DNA of 64,000 bases from Hormiphora californensis (lineage: Eukaryota; Animalia; Ctenophora): NCBI GenBank assembly GCA_020137815.1, contig CM035358.1, forward strand, positions 1,488,001 through 1,552,000, given 5' to 3'. Positions 51,145 through 63,000 of this stretch are shown here, one piece after another (position 1 is the stretch's first letter; each line of letters opens with the position of its first letter). The notes beneath the pieces are model-generated. The model did no database searches, was not told where the DNA came from, and saw only the letters and a list, made by a program, of their open reading frames with translations. The translations under genes were made by a program, and so were the position numbers.

Positions 51145-52670
51145 TGCAGTGGGTTAGAAAGGGTCAAGAGATTTTGTGGTTTGGTAGGGGTCGAGATGTG
51201 GGTTAAAAGAGGTCCAGAGATGGGATAGAATTGGGATACGAGAGATGGGTTGGAAGGGGTACGAGAGATGGGTTAGAAGGGGTTGAGAGTTGGGTTAGAA
51301 GAGGTCGAGGGGTGAGTAATAACTTAGAAGGGGTCGAGGGAAGGGATACGAGAGGTAGGTTAAAGGGGGTCGAGACTCGAGAGGTGGGTTAGAAGGGGTA
51401 CGAGAGGTGGGTTAAAACTTAGAAGGCTAATGGGTCCACGGTGAGTTACTAGGGGTCGAGAGGTGGGTTAGAAGGGGTCGAGGAAAGGGTAACTACTTCG
51501 TAGGGGTCGAGAGGTGGATTAAAAGGGGTCGAGAGGTGGGTTAAAAGGGGCCTAGGGGTGAGTTAGAAGAGGTCGAGGGGTGAGTTAGAAGGGATCTAGA
51601 GGTGAGTTAGAAGGGGTCTAGCGGTAGGTTAGAAGGGGTTAAGAGGTGGATTAAAAGGGGTCGAGAGGTGGATTAAAAGGGGTCGAGAGGTGGGTTGAAA
51701 GGGGTTGAAAAATGAGTTAGAAGGGGTCGAGGTGGGTTAGAAGGGGTACGGGAGATGGATTAGAAGGTCCGACCCCTTCTAACCCACCTATCGGAAGGTG
51801 GGTTAGAAAGGGTCGAGGGATGGGTTAGTAGAGGTCGGTAGGTGGGAAAGAAGGGGTTAAAAGGGGTACGAGAGGTGGGCTAGAACATAGAAGGGGCCAA
51901 AAGGGGGTTAGAAGGAGCCCAGAGGTGAGTTACTAGGCCTAGGGGTCGAGAGGTGGGTCAGAATGGTACTAGAGTTGGGTTAAAAGTGTTCAAAGGGTGG
52001 TTTAAAAGGGGTCGAGAGGTAAGTTAGAAGGGATCCGGAGGTGGGTTATTAGGGAGCTGAGAGATTTGTTAGAAGGGGTTGAAGGGTGGGTTAGAAGGGT
52101 TCAAGGAGTGGGGTAGTAATTAGTAGGGGTCGAGAGGTGGTTGATTTAGGAGGGGTTCAGAGTTGGGTTAGAAGGGGCTTCAAAGGTGGGTTAGAAGAGT
52201 CCAGAGGTGAGATATGATAGAGAGGTTTCAGCGGGAGTTAGTAGGGAGCTGACTGCTGAGGTAAAAGGACTCAGACGTGGGTTAGAAGGGGTCCACATGT
52301 TGCTTAGTAGGGGTCCAGAGGTGGATCCATGCTAACCCACTTCTAGACTAGAACCACTTACCAGGGTCTGTGAATCCATCAATAAAGATCTGCTGGCGAT
52401 GAGAAGCGGCTGTGAACGGTTCCCCTACTCAGGTGTTTAGCTCATAGTACGTTGGCCCAGTAATAGTATCTTGACCCAGTAATTTGGTTTCCGGAACGGA
52501 ATCTGAGAGAGTATTTTGTTACTAACATTTGATAAAACTATCAGAGGGGGTTCAAAGGCGGGTCCAGAGTTGAGCTAGAAGGGATTCAGAGGTGGGTTAG
52601 CAGGGAGATGAGGTAAAAGGGCTCAGAGGTGGGTTATAAGGGGTCCATATGTTGATTAGTTGGGGTCCAG
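51145..52670. repeat. Degenerate G-rich minisatellite (about 23-bp unit gaggtgggttagaaggggtcga)
   Basis: Dozens of diverged copies, strong purine/G skew; a unique segment at about 52335-52545. Confidence 0.9.
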
Positions 52671-52859
52671 AGAGAGAGAGATAGAGATAGAGATGGAGAT
52701 GGAGATCTATCTATCTATCTACGGAGTGCCTGGGCTTTCCAACGGCAAGCCTACAGAGGACTATCGCGAAGCGATATCGCCGGCACTAGGAGAATAGCCC
52801 CCCTCCCCTCCCACCATCAGGAACTACACAGGCAGGTTCACATTATAGGTTGAAGAATG

Positions 52860-53717
52860 GAGATGGCGATAGAGATGGAGAGATCTAGAGAGAGAGGTCT
52901 AGAGATGGAGATCTAGAGATGGAGATCTAGAGATGGAGATCTAGAGATGGAGATCTAGAGATGGAGATCTAGAGATGGAGATCTAGAGATGGAGATCTAG
53001 AGATGGAGAACTAGAGATGGAGAACTAGAGATGGAGAACTAGAGATGGAGAACTAGAGATGGAGATCTAGAGATGGAGATCTAGAGATGGAGATCTAGAG
53101 ATGGAGAGATCTAGGGAGAGAGAGATCTAGGGAGAGAGAGATCTAGGGAGAGAGAGATCTAGGGAGAGAGAGAGATCTAGGGAGAGAGAGATCTAGGGAG
53201 AGAGAGAGAGATCTAGGGAGAGAGAGAGATCTAGGGAGAGAGAGATCTAGGGAGAGAGATCTAGGGAGAGAGAGATCTAGGGAGAGAGAGATCTAGGGAG
53301 AGAGAGATCTAGGGAGAGAGAGATCTAGGGAGAGAGAGATCTAGGGAGAGAGAGATCTAGGGAGAGAGAGATCTAGGGAGAGAGAGATCTAGGGAGAGAG
53401 AGATCTAGGGAGAGAGAGATCTAGGGAGAGAGAGATCTAGGGAGAGAGAGATCTAGGGAGAGAGAGATCTAGGGAGAGAGGTCTAGAGATGGAGATCTAG
53501 AGATGGAGATCTAGAGATGGAGATCTAGAGATGGAGATCTAGAGATGGAGATCTAGAGATGGAGATCTAGAGATGGAGAACTAGAGATGGAGATCTAGAG
53601 AGGGAGATCTAGAGATGGAGATCTAGAGATGGAGATCTAGAGATGGAGAGATCTAGAGAGACTCTAGAGAGAGGTCTAGAGAGAGATCTAGAGAGAGATC
53701 TAGACTCTAGAGAGATA
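52860..53717. repeat. Compound minisatellite: (ctagagatggagat)n - (ctagggagagagagat)n - (ctagagatggagat)n
   Basis: 14-bp units about 52899-53105, 16-bp units about 53110-53480, 14-bp units about 53483-53648. Confidence 0.95.
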
Positions 53718-53837
53718 TTTTTTATTATTATTATTAAGTCTAAAAATGTATACATTGCATTAACTCAACATATACGCCCCTTTTTGTGGGCAATTTGGAT
53801 AGTCCTTTCGATTTAAAATTCAATGGTTAGAGTTCAC

Positions 53838-54905
53838 TTAGCCACATTTAATGACCCCCTTACTAATCCAATAACGTCCATTCGGATTATCTCGTTTTAG
53901 TTCTTTCAGAGTATCAACAAGAGATTTCCGCTCTCGCTGTTCGTCTGGTGATAGGTCGGGAGAGAGAAAAACGGATGAAAACTTCTCTGAACTCTGCAGC
54001 TGCTTTGCTTTCCGAAGAAGCTGCAGCAAGGATTCCCTTCTTTCAAGGGTGACGATAACAGGTCTCGCTCGGTCATCAGTCCTTAGGCCAACCCGCTTTG
54101 TGGAGGTCACGACAGGTTTCTCATTTAGCTCAGCAAAGATATCCTGAACTTCATGATCAGTAGCCCTGGCAGTGGTTTCTGGAAGCCCAAATAAAACCAA
54201 ATTCAGCTTTCTATCCGGAGTTGTTCTTTCAGTTGGTGGAGAGGAAACTGTCGCCTTCTTCCATGCTTCCTTCAGGCGAGATGGAGCAATAGCAGCTGAA
54301 CAATTCTGTACAAGGACCTTGGAGTAGTCATGCAACTGCTTTTGGACAGACTCTGACATCGAGTTGTTTTCACGTTTTTGTACTTCAATCAAACTATTTT
54401 GTGCTTCTATCAGCTTCCCTTGCAATGCAATCCTTGCTACCCGATGCTTGTCGACTTCTTCTTTGAACGTGCTAAGTTCTTTCTGTACCTCCTCCAGTTT
54501 CCTATTACAGTCCTCCAGTTGCAGGCGTTCTTTCGTTCTAGCACTTTCATAGGTCTTCATCTTAGTTTCACTTAATCGTTTCTCATTCCCTATTTCCCTC
54601 CCTAACTGGAGAATGTGACGACAGAGTTTCTTAGTGATAGCCTGGAGTTTTTCTGCATGGTACTCCTTCAACTTGTAATCTAGTGGTAGTGCTCCCTCAA
54701 TATATTGACGCTCATTATCCTCCGTGTCCTTTTCCAAGATCTCGTTTAGTAAATCCTCTACCGCTTCTCGCTCGTGTTGACGATTCAGAGTTCCTTTCTT
54801 TACCAACATTACATCACTCATTGCACTAAACAGTGTACTTCTCATCGTACTACCCAAACATTCTCCTATACTTGAAGATTTCTTGGGCTTCTCCATCGTC
54901 GTCAT
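53838..54905 (-). CDS. LINE ORF1p-like protein (coiled coil plus RRM-like plus C-terminal domain), 355 aa, with no ORF2 following
   Basis: Long heptad-like region, then RKLNLVLFGLPE...IF.EL...RVG....RARPVIVTL...LLRKAKQL...VFLSPDLS..EQRERK.L, the pattern of L1/L2/CR1-type ORF1p; (TAA)n-A tail about 100 bp after the stop. Confidence 0.8.
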   Translation of the reverse strand: MTTMEKPKKSSSIGECLGSTMRSTLFSAMSDVMLVKKGTLNRQHEREAVEDLLNEILEKDTEDNERQYIEGALPLDYKLKEYHAEKLQAITKKLCRHILQLGREIGNEKRLSETKMKTYESARTKERLQLEDCNRKLEEVQKELSTFKEEVDKHRVARIALQGKLIEAQNSLIEVQKRENNSMSESVQKQLHDYSKVLVQNCSAAIAPSRLKEAWKKATVSSPPTERTTPDRKLNLVLFGLPETTARATDHEVQDIFAELNEKPVVTSTKRVGLRTDDRARPVIVTLERRESLLQLLRKAKQLQSSEKFSSVFLSPDLSPDEQRERKSLVDTLKELKRDNPNGRYWISKGVIKCG

Positions 54906-55266
54906 AGCTTGGGACTGCCCCTACGGGCGGTTCCGCCATCCTAGGGACATATCTCAAATTAATAGAGATAGAGAAAGAGCTGAGGTGAATAAATCAAGGA
55001 ATTCAACTTACAGTTTTATCCTTTAAAGAGAGTAGTACAACTCCAATTGATCGCATTGAAGATCAGGAGCATGAAAGCAACGATCAACGATTTTGGTATC
55101 TTATTGGTATCTTCTTGGTGCGATGGGTCTTCGGTTCGATCTTGTTCCACACCACTGACCACACCTAGTGCTCATCACATTCATATCGATTATCGAAGCT
55201 TTTGTCATCCAATAGCTACTTTGAAATGTTACAGTTATTCAAGGTTGAAAATTGAAAGGTAAGGAT

Positions 55267-55402
55267 ATACAAATACAAATACAAATACAATTATAATTTA
55301 TATCCCGCTTTTGGGCCTATGCATTGTTAGTGCTAGGAGGACGCGTTTCAATCAGTCGATTGAAGCAACGCACCCACCACTAACAAGCCTTCTAAAGCGG
55401 CT
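55267..55402 (-). mobile_element. 3' fragment of a LINE/SINE with (TATTTG)n tail, copy 2
   Basis: Near-identical to 45247-45382. Confidence 0.65.
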
Positions 55403-57462
55403 CTTATAGGATTATAAGATCCTAAAGGCCTTAAAAAACCGTCGGCAGTCATTCGATATAATATATATAAATGTATGTAGAAAATAAGGGTTATAAAATA
55501 TCTAATTAAGAAATAGCGTAATTAATTCGTTGAGTGATTAAGTAGTTAGATAATTGAGAAATTAACTAGTTAGATAATTGATAATTAACTAGTTAGATAA
55601 TTAACTAGTTAGATAATTAACTGTTGATTAATAAGTACATAGTGTAAATACTAAGTAAGTAGTATAGTTTAATAATTAATTCAAGTAAAAGGCTAGTGAT
55701 CTAAAAAGGAGGCGAATAGCTAAGTAATTAGTTAATGGATAAAGTAACTGTAACAGGATAACCGATAAGGTAATACACACTAACCATATTAATTGCTATA
55801 TAAGGTTATGATCTAATAAATGGCCTATGGAAAATTCTAAAGAAGCTGGTAATAAATTAATGAATAACGAGGTAGAAAAATAAAAAGCAAGAGACCAGAG
55901 GTCAGTCAGATAGGTTAAATACAAAGCTGTTAATAAATTAATTAATTGGAGCGGTAAAAAAATAAAAAGGCAGGAGACCAGTGCAATGGCCAGTCAGAAT
56001 AAGTTAATTAATGCGGTTGGGTTTAAAATTTAATGTACGATAAAAACGTTAAGCTAATTATAGTAAGCTGTAAGATAGATAACTGTACTAGACGTAAGTA
56101 TTTAGGTTCTAATTTAAAGTAATTTTAAGGTAACTAGGATAGAGAAGATATAAAATTAACTTAGAAACTCTAGAGTCTATTCTCCACACACACTCGTATA
56201 AAGTCCATGTATGTTTATCGTCTTGATGTCTTCGAGAACGTAATACCCTCCGTGATGTTCACTGAACATTGTTCAGGCTGGCTCACTCGCTCGCTCAAAG
56301 AACCTATGACTCTACTCTAGCCAGAAAGGAAAGAAACTCAACACACACTGTCACAATACAACCAGAAAATATACTCGAAAAACTCGACACTCTTGACATG
56401 ATATCAGACCCCTACTCTACTCATATGTTGGAGGAAAGGACTTCAGATGATGATGTAGTTATAGGGGATGTAGTCAAAATAGGAATGTAGTAATGATACG
56501 CGATAAAGCTAGTAGCTACATAACCCTGGTGGTGGCAGCAAGGTATTACGTACTCTCAACGTACTGTGAGAGGTCGCCCGGCCCACTGCTGTCTCATATA
56601 TCATCTTCAGGCCTGTCCTAAAGACTTTTAAAAGTGTCCACGGGTCGACTTTAAAGCTGTAACAAAGTCAAAAGCTGGGCCAAGCTGGGACGAAATGAAA
56701 AAAATATCGCGTAAACACGCGCCGCGGCGTCAATTATTCAACTTTGGGACAATTTAAGCCATATCTCCACGAGTTTGTATCCAATCTTCATGTTCTTGGA
56801 ACCGTTGGAAAGAGCTGACAATTTCCTATCCAGCAAGCTTTAGAACGTCGAAATTGATGAAGAAATGAGAGAGATATGACGTCAAACGTCAACGTAACTC
56901 GGAAATATTCGCAGTGAATAATAAAAAACGAGCCGCGCAAGGTAAATTTGGACGTAACGCGCGAAAACTTTGACTGGCCATAACTCTGGCCAATTAAGGC
57001 CAATTAACTTCAATTAAAAACAGGGAGGTAGAAGACATCAAGGACTATCGACTGGCGTTGGAATTTTGTCAAACGGACTTCAGGTGCCGGAGATATAGCG
57101 CCCGCCAAAATCACGGTCGCAAAGTTATGTCGTGTCTCAAAGGGGGTCTACCGCGCGTACCAACCCCCAGGCCCCTAGAAGCCGTGGAAAACGCGCGCAC
57201 TTGGGGTCTGCAGCGCATGCCAAGTGTAAACGCTGTGTAAATACTGAACTTTTTTAGGGATCCCTATTGACAAAAATGAAAAATTTACCACGCGCGCAGT
57301 AAAAGACAAGTTTTAGCGCCGCGCAGATTTAACGCGCAAATAACGCGTCTCTTGTGATCGCGCCGCGCGAATAAATTTCATTTTGTCGACGCGATCGCGA
57401 AATCTTCAAAAGTTTTCTTGAAAAAAGTTTGGGTTCTCATAAAAAAAGTTCCAACTTCGTTG

Positions 57463-60400
57463 ATGAACAGGGGCGGATCAAGGCCAAGGACTGAAGAACT
57501 TCACGACCTTGCTTGTTTGGAGTACGTTGACAGATTTGGGAAGAAAAGATCTTGCTTACAATGTTTATGCAACTGTAGTGCGCTCGATTCAGCGTGTGAC
57601 AGTCTCCTTGCGTGCGACTACACTGACACCGAAGAAGGTTCGTATTTCAGTCCATGTAAAAAATATATCGACCCATCTACTCAAGAAACAAACTTTCATG
57701 ACGCCCAATTTTATCCCAGTTTTAGAGGAGATAACTGATCGTTTTCGTATTCCGTGGTTTGGAGGCGCCATGAAAGTCAACAATCACGGCGTATCAGTCA
57801 CAGCACTGTTTTGTTTCTTTTTAGTGCTGGGAAGTTACAACGCAGTCACTCTCCTAATTGCAAGTAAGTGCTGTATTAAAAGACGAAGTGGTGCAATGCT
57901 TGAAATAGCTTGTTATTGTTAATCAGTTCAAACATAGTTGGAAACAATTGATAATCATAATCGTTCTGATGCCATAGCTAATGAAAACCCCGCCTTCCAG
58001 GTGTTATTTTGACCCTGTATTTGGTGCGAATGTACCGATACATAAGGAGGAGTGGTGTTAAGACGATCTACTTCTTCTTGCTCAGTATGCTCCACACTGT
58101 TACTTCTCTAGTGCTATACAGCTGTAAGGTAAGATGCTTTTAGATTTATTCCAAAGAATAACGTCGACCTTCGATTATCCCTTATCTCTCCACTACTGTA
58201 CATTAGATGAGTTTTGTCGCCCACAGCTTAAATTAAAGTTCAATATGTTGCTCAATCTCATTTCTATCTCTTCCATGCTTTCTGAACTCTCTTCTTCATT
58301 AAATCAGTGTGTACAAGCAGGAAAGAATTTTGTAGTGAGCGAGAGAGAGAGAAGGAGAGAGCGTTAATTAACCACACAAGTAGGAAATTTAACAAGAATG
58401 AGGACTGGCCCCATTTTGTGCCCCGAACCAACTCCTACTTTGCCATATTAACTTTCTCTCAATCTTGTATTTCCTGTTGGTGCAGCACTGTATGTGGACC
58501 GTGCAGAACTGTACTCAGGATTACAATTTTCAAATCCTTCCCATGCTAACCTTTTTTCTGTTTTGCAGATTTTTGCAGAAGCGGACACAGTTCATATCTA
58601 CTACTTCTACTTCTGGTTGATGGTCTACCTTTCAGTTCTATACGCATTCAAACAGGTACAGGTATTGCGTGTAGATTCTTTCCAGTTTCCGGGACTGGGT
58701 TATGACGTGGGAAGGTGGGGTTATGGAGTACAGATTTGTGCAGGACTTTGCTTTGCAACATGCATAAATATTCAGCATAAATATTGTAACTTGAGGAGTG
58801 AGAACAAGGGGGTCAGACGCAATCACAAGAATATGTTTTTTGTTTTTTTAACCAACATAAAGAAAGTAGTAGTATTCTGAGTAGAACGGCTGGTCCCAGT
58901 TCTGAGTAGCTAAAAGCAATGACACACTCACATATTCCAACTAACATGACATCAATATGATCTCACCACCCCTTCCTCTCCCAGGTCCCAAGATTTGATC
59001 TAACCCTCCCTCTCCTCCCAGGACCCAGGTTTCGTGAGTGTCCTGCAGAACAAAAAGAGTAAACAGCACATGTTATTCTGTGAGAAATGCAACCTTATCC
59101 GTCCACTACGGGCGTGGCATTGTCGTTTCTGTGATCGATGCGTTGATCGCTATGATCACCATAATATTTGGTAAGAGCTCAATTACACAAACCACTTGAT
59201 GGTAAAGATCCATCAAACAACAAACCAGCCGCACACACTCACAAACCAGATGATCAACTAAACATTTCCGGGTGACCAATATTGTAAAGTTATCTTCTAC
59301 TCAGCTAACCCACTTTCATGTTTCAGGTTCGACCAGTGTGTGGGCTGTAGAAACCACCTTTCCTTTATAGTCCTCCTAGTGGCCCTGATCAACCTTACTT
59401 TCTCAACAGCCTGGGATTTCTTCACTAGCAGGTGAGTTTCAATGATAAACAGTTGGTTTTTTAGTCCGTTTCCGGTTTCTTGTTCGGATTTCTTCCCATG
59501 AGCCCATCTCAACTTTTATTTCTACAAATCGGAGTTTCTGTTTCTTCGATATTTCTTTGTTTTCTATTGAGCTCTCTCTTTTTATTCATAATCTCTCCCC
59601 CGGAGGGAGACTCTCCCTCCCTCTACATCCCCTGTCTGCCTCCTGCTCTCTCTATCTTCAACGCAATAGCCATTAGCTGCCTCACATTGCACACCCACTG
59701 AACACACGATACACACACGCCAACCACAATTCGAACCAATTTTAGGAATACATAATGACTTACAGATTTTAATTCAAATATTTTCAGTTGCGGTGTCCGG
59801 GAGTTAAATCCACAGTTTGTGGTTCCTGATTGTCAGGCGTACATCTTAGATAACAAGTAATGAAGACCAAATATATTATTTCATATCCCAATTTATCCCC
59901 GTCGGGTACAGAATTTGTCTGTTCTCCTGTTTATCCTAAATAATCATACCCCCAACAACCCATCATACCCCAATCATACAGCAACTTCTATCTCTAGGTC
60001 GTCAGTGCTGTTTACAGTTGGAGTATTCTCTCTGATAGTCCTCCTGGTATCCCTGGTACAGCTGGTGCAGCAGATCAAACTAATCACATTCAACCTAACA
60101 GGTAAATATATATTAGCTGCCTAGTTCTAATCAATACTTGTTTAATTCCCGCCATTACCCGATCTCTGGGAGACCAGTTGGTGATCTCCCATGTACGGGT
60201 TATCTGAGAATTGTATGTTGTTTTCTGAGTTGTATGAGAGTTGAGACTCTCAATTTGAGAGTGCAGATAATAGATATACCAGCTAGATAATGGTTTGTCG
60301 CGATATTATTTATGGGAATAACGCAACGCTGAGGTCCATCATGAATTTTATGTTAAATATCTTAATGATTTTAGTAAAAATGCAGCCACGGAATCTTGGA

Positions 60401-61431
60401 GCCTAGCAGTTCATTTATATTTCCTCTTTTAGAGAAAGGAGTGATGGATGGATATAAAATATCACCTCTCTAGCTCTCCATCTCCCATCTCATTTCTTCT
60501 CTCTCAGCCATCTCGCAGCTCTCTAGCTTGCCTATCTTTTTTATCTTTGTCTTCTCTCCCTCCCTCTCTCCCCTCTCTGTGGAGGTGAGAGATAATCGTC
60601 GCAGGTGTCTGATCGCTTATGATTTGTGCGGCTGTAGGGAAACTTTCCACACACAAAGCATGCAGGTGGGTTTGTTTGTTCGTTGGTTATGTTAGAGGAG
60701 TGATTCATCCGAGTTAGATTGTGTTAATAAATCTCTGTCGTAATAAGATATCGTGTTAATAAATCTATCGGTATTACCAATCGTATTATTAATCCTCTTG
60801 GTGTTAGTAATACCAAGAGAATTATTAATACCAGGAATTACCAATCGTGAGATTGTTCTGTATAAAACAGCATGATATACCCATGTGTACAGTTAGAGAT
60901 GGCCGATATGGGGGGTATCATATCTGATGGGTGTTGTAACATATCACTGATATGTTGCATATGCATGATATGTATGTATCTCACATCGGTGTCTGTCTCC
61001 AAAGTTGCACTTCTCTATCTCTACCAGCATGAGGTGGGGTTAATGTGTATGTGACATTTCCATAGCTTCCGTCCCAGCTGCGAGATACACTGATATAGAG
61101 AAAGGAAGAGAGTGGAGAGAGAGTGTGTGAGATAGTGAAGAAAATAGAGATGACACAGCTGAGTAGACGCAGCAGTGTGCTTGACGCCACACCCATCAGT
61201 TTTAATTCCTCGAATAACCGAATAACATCACTCTCCCAATTCCTAGGTTTTGAGGAGAGACGGTTGAGACGTGGTTATCCTATACATGACGAACTCCTAA
61301 ACTCCCACTACTACCACTCACCCTTCAGTAAGGGGGCTAAGTTAAACTGGTTCGCTTTCATAGCATCTGTCAAACAGAGGATTGTAACCAAGGACTTTGC
61401 AGCCCCATCTAGTGGGCGAGAGACTCCTTGA
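57463..61431 (+). CDS. ZDHHC23: ZDHHC23-like palmitoyltransferase-family protein with DHHN in place of DHHC
   Basis: Exons 57463-57637, 57720-57863, 58001-58128, 58569-58661, 59022-59170, 59327-59431, 59788-59856, 59998-60101, 61247-61431. N-terminal CLEYVDRFG....[13 protein letters not shown] and [17 protein letters not shown] resemble ZDHHC23; DPG; [41 protein letters not shown]; NLTGFE; [10 protein letters not shown]. Confidence 0.88.
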
Positions 61432-61706
61432 GAGAGAGTTATTTTGTATTGTGAGAATTCTGGGCGAAAGTGAAAAGAGAGGGGAGAGGGAAAAGAGAAG
61501 TGAGACCCTGTATATTTCGATATTTGCTGTGAAATGTTGCGAAAAAGGAATCAGGTGAAAAGTAATAAGAGCTGCGATGTTTTAATCGTTTTTTGTTGTT
61601 TGTGTGTTGAGTGTCACGTTTTTTTGGCTGATATGAGTGATCGAAGGCATATTATCCTAGGATTGATCCTCGATGTAATTTATCTTTAAGAAGATAAATG
61701 CATTTA

Positions 61707-62572
61707 CAGTCGGCCCCCGATTTAGCGGCACCCCGATTTAGCGGCACCCCGATTTAACGGCAAGATAAATTTCCCCCTAAAAATTTTTGAAATTTTTTTT
61801 GAAAATTTTTGAAAATTTTTTGAAAATTTTTCAAAGGGAGTATCAACCACTACACGTCCGAATCGTGTTTCGAATCGGTGCATCTTATTGCATGTCTTGC
61901 CGGTAATTAGACAGTTCGAAACGAACAGATATGTGATCCCCATGAGGCCCATCGAATAGCAATTTTGACGTTTGTTAAACTGGCCCCATGGGGATCACGT
62001 ATCGGTTCGTTTCGAACCGTCTAATTAGTGACAGGACGTGCGATAAGATGCACTGATTCGAAACACGATTCGGACGTGGTTGATATTATACCTTTGAAAA
62101 AGTTTCATAACTTTTTTTGCAAAATTTTACAGAATGATTGTCAATGCTTTGATCGATGCTCCCCATGAAATTTCAGGTAAAAATATATTTTAAATTCGAA
62201 TTCTTCCTCACCCCGCTTAAAGTGCCCCGATTCGGCATGGTATCACATATCGGTTCGTTTCGAACCGTCTAATTAGCTGCAAGACATGCGATAAGATGCA
62301 CTGATTCGATAAACGATTCGGACGTGGTTGATGTAGTACCTTAGAAAGTATTAAAAAGTTGAAATTAAAAAAAAATTCTTTTTCTAATCAGAAATGATCA
62401 TGTAATCAATACATGGACATTGCATTTAACACTTAGATGTGTTTTAGAATAACATTTTGGACAAAAACAGTGTTTTATGGGCCAAATATGCCCTACCCCG
62501 ATTTAACGGACACCCCGATTTAACGGACAAAACCCTTTCCCCCGAGGGTGCCGTTAAATCGGGGTCCGACTG
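61707..62572. mobile_element. Tc1/mariner (pogo/Tc2-like) non-autonomous element
   Basis: TA|cagtcggcccccgatttagcggcaccc ... gggtgccgttaaatcggggtccgactg|TA; internal unit of about 95 bp in inverted and direct copies. Confidence 0.88.
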
Positions 62573-62866
62573 TATCATGTTCTTCATGTTCTCATGTTCT
62601 TTCGCTTCCTTTACTCCTTAGTCCTCTCTTTAACAAGTATCAGTATCTTGTAGTAGTCCTACGAAGGGCCTGTATTATATGGCAGTTCTCCAATCTCCAC
62701 CCTATCACGTAGTATCACTCCACCCTATCACTATCTCTCTGTCAAACTAGAGCCACCCTTCTTCTACTCACTGTACGCTGTCGGAGAGAGGGCAGTAAGC
62801 TTGTGTAAACACAGTTTCATACTGCTGTGTGCTACTGCTGCCGCCCCTATTTGCTGGAGCAAACCT

Positions 62867-62910
62867 ACACACACACACACACACACACACACTCTCTCTC
62901 TCTCTCCCTC

Positions 62911-63000
<90 letters not shown>
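62867..63000. repeat. (CA)n(CT)n microsatellite
   Basis: Direct reading. Confidence 0.95.

Larger units (their letters stand above)
49116..57264. mobile_element. About 8.15-kb element bounded by perfect 41-bp terminal inverted repeats (GGG...CCC, TA on both sides)
   Basis: gggatccctaaaaaagttcagtatttacacagcgtttacac at 49116 is the reverse complement of the sequence ending 57264; subterminal palindromes at 49148-49375 and 49760-49864. No transposase recognised. Confidence 0.8.

Noticed and set aside
54900-54950. Twister-like ribozyme (GUCCCAAGC) before the ORF1 start
   Set aside because: The flanking P4 stem and the other conserved twister elements cannot be formed.
57418-57922. Two separate short ORFs
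   Set aside because: They are exons 1 and 2 of the ZDHHC23-like gene read into introns.
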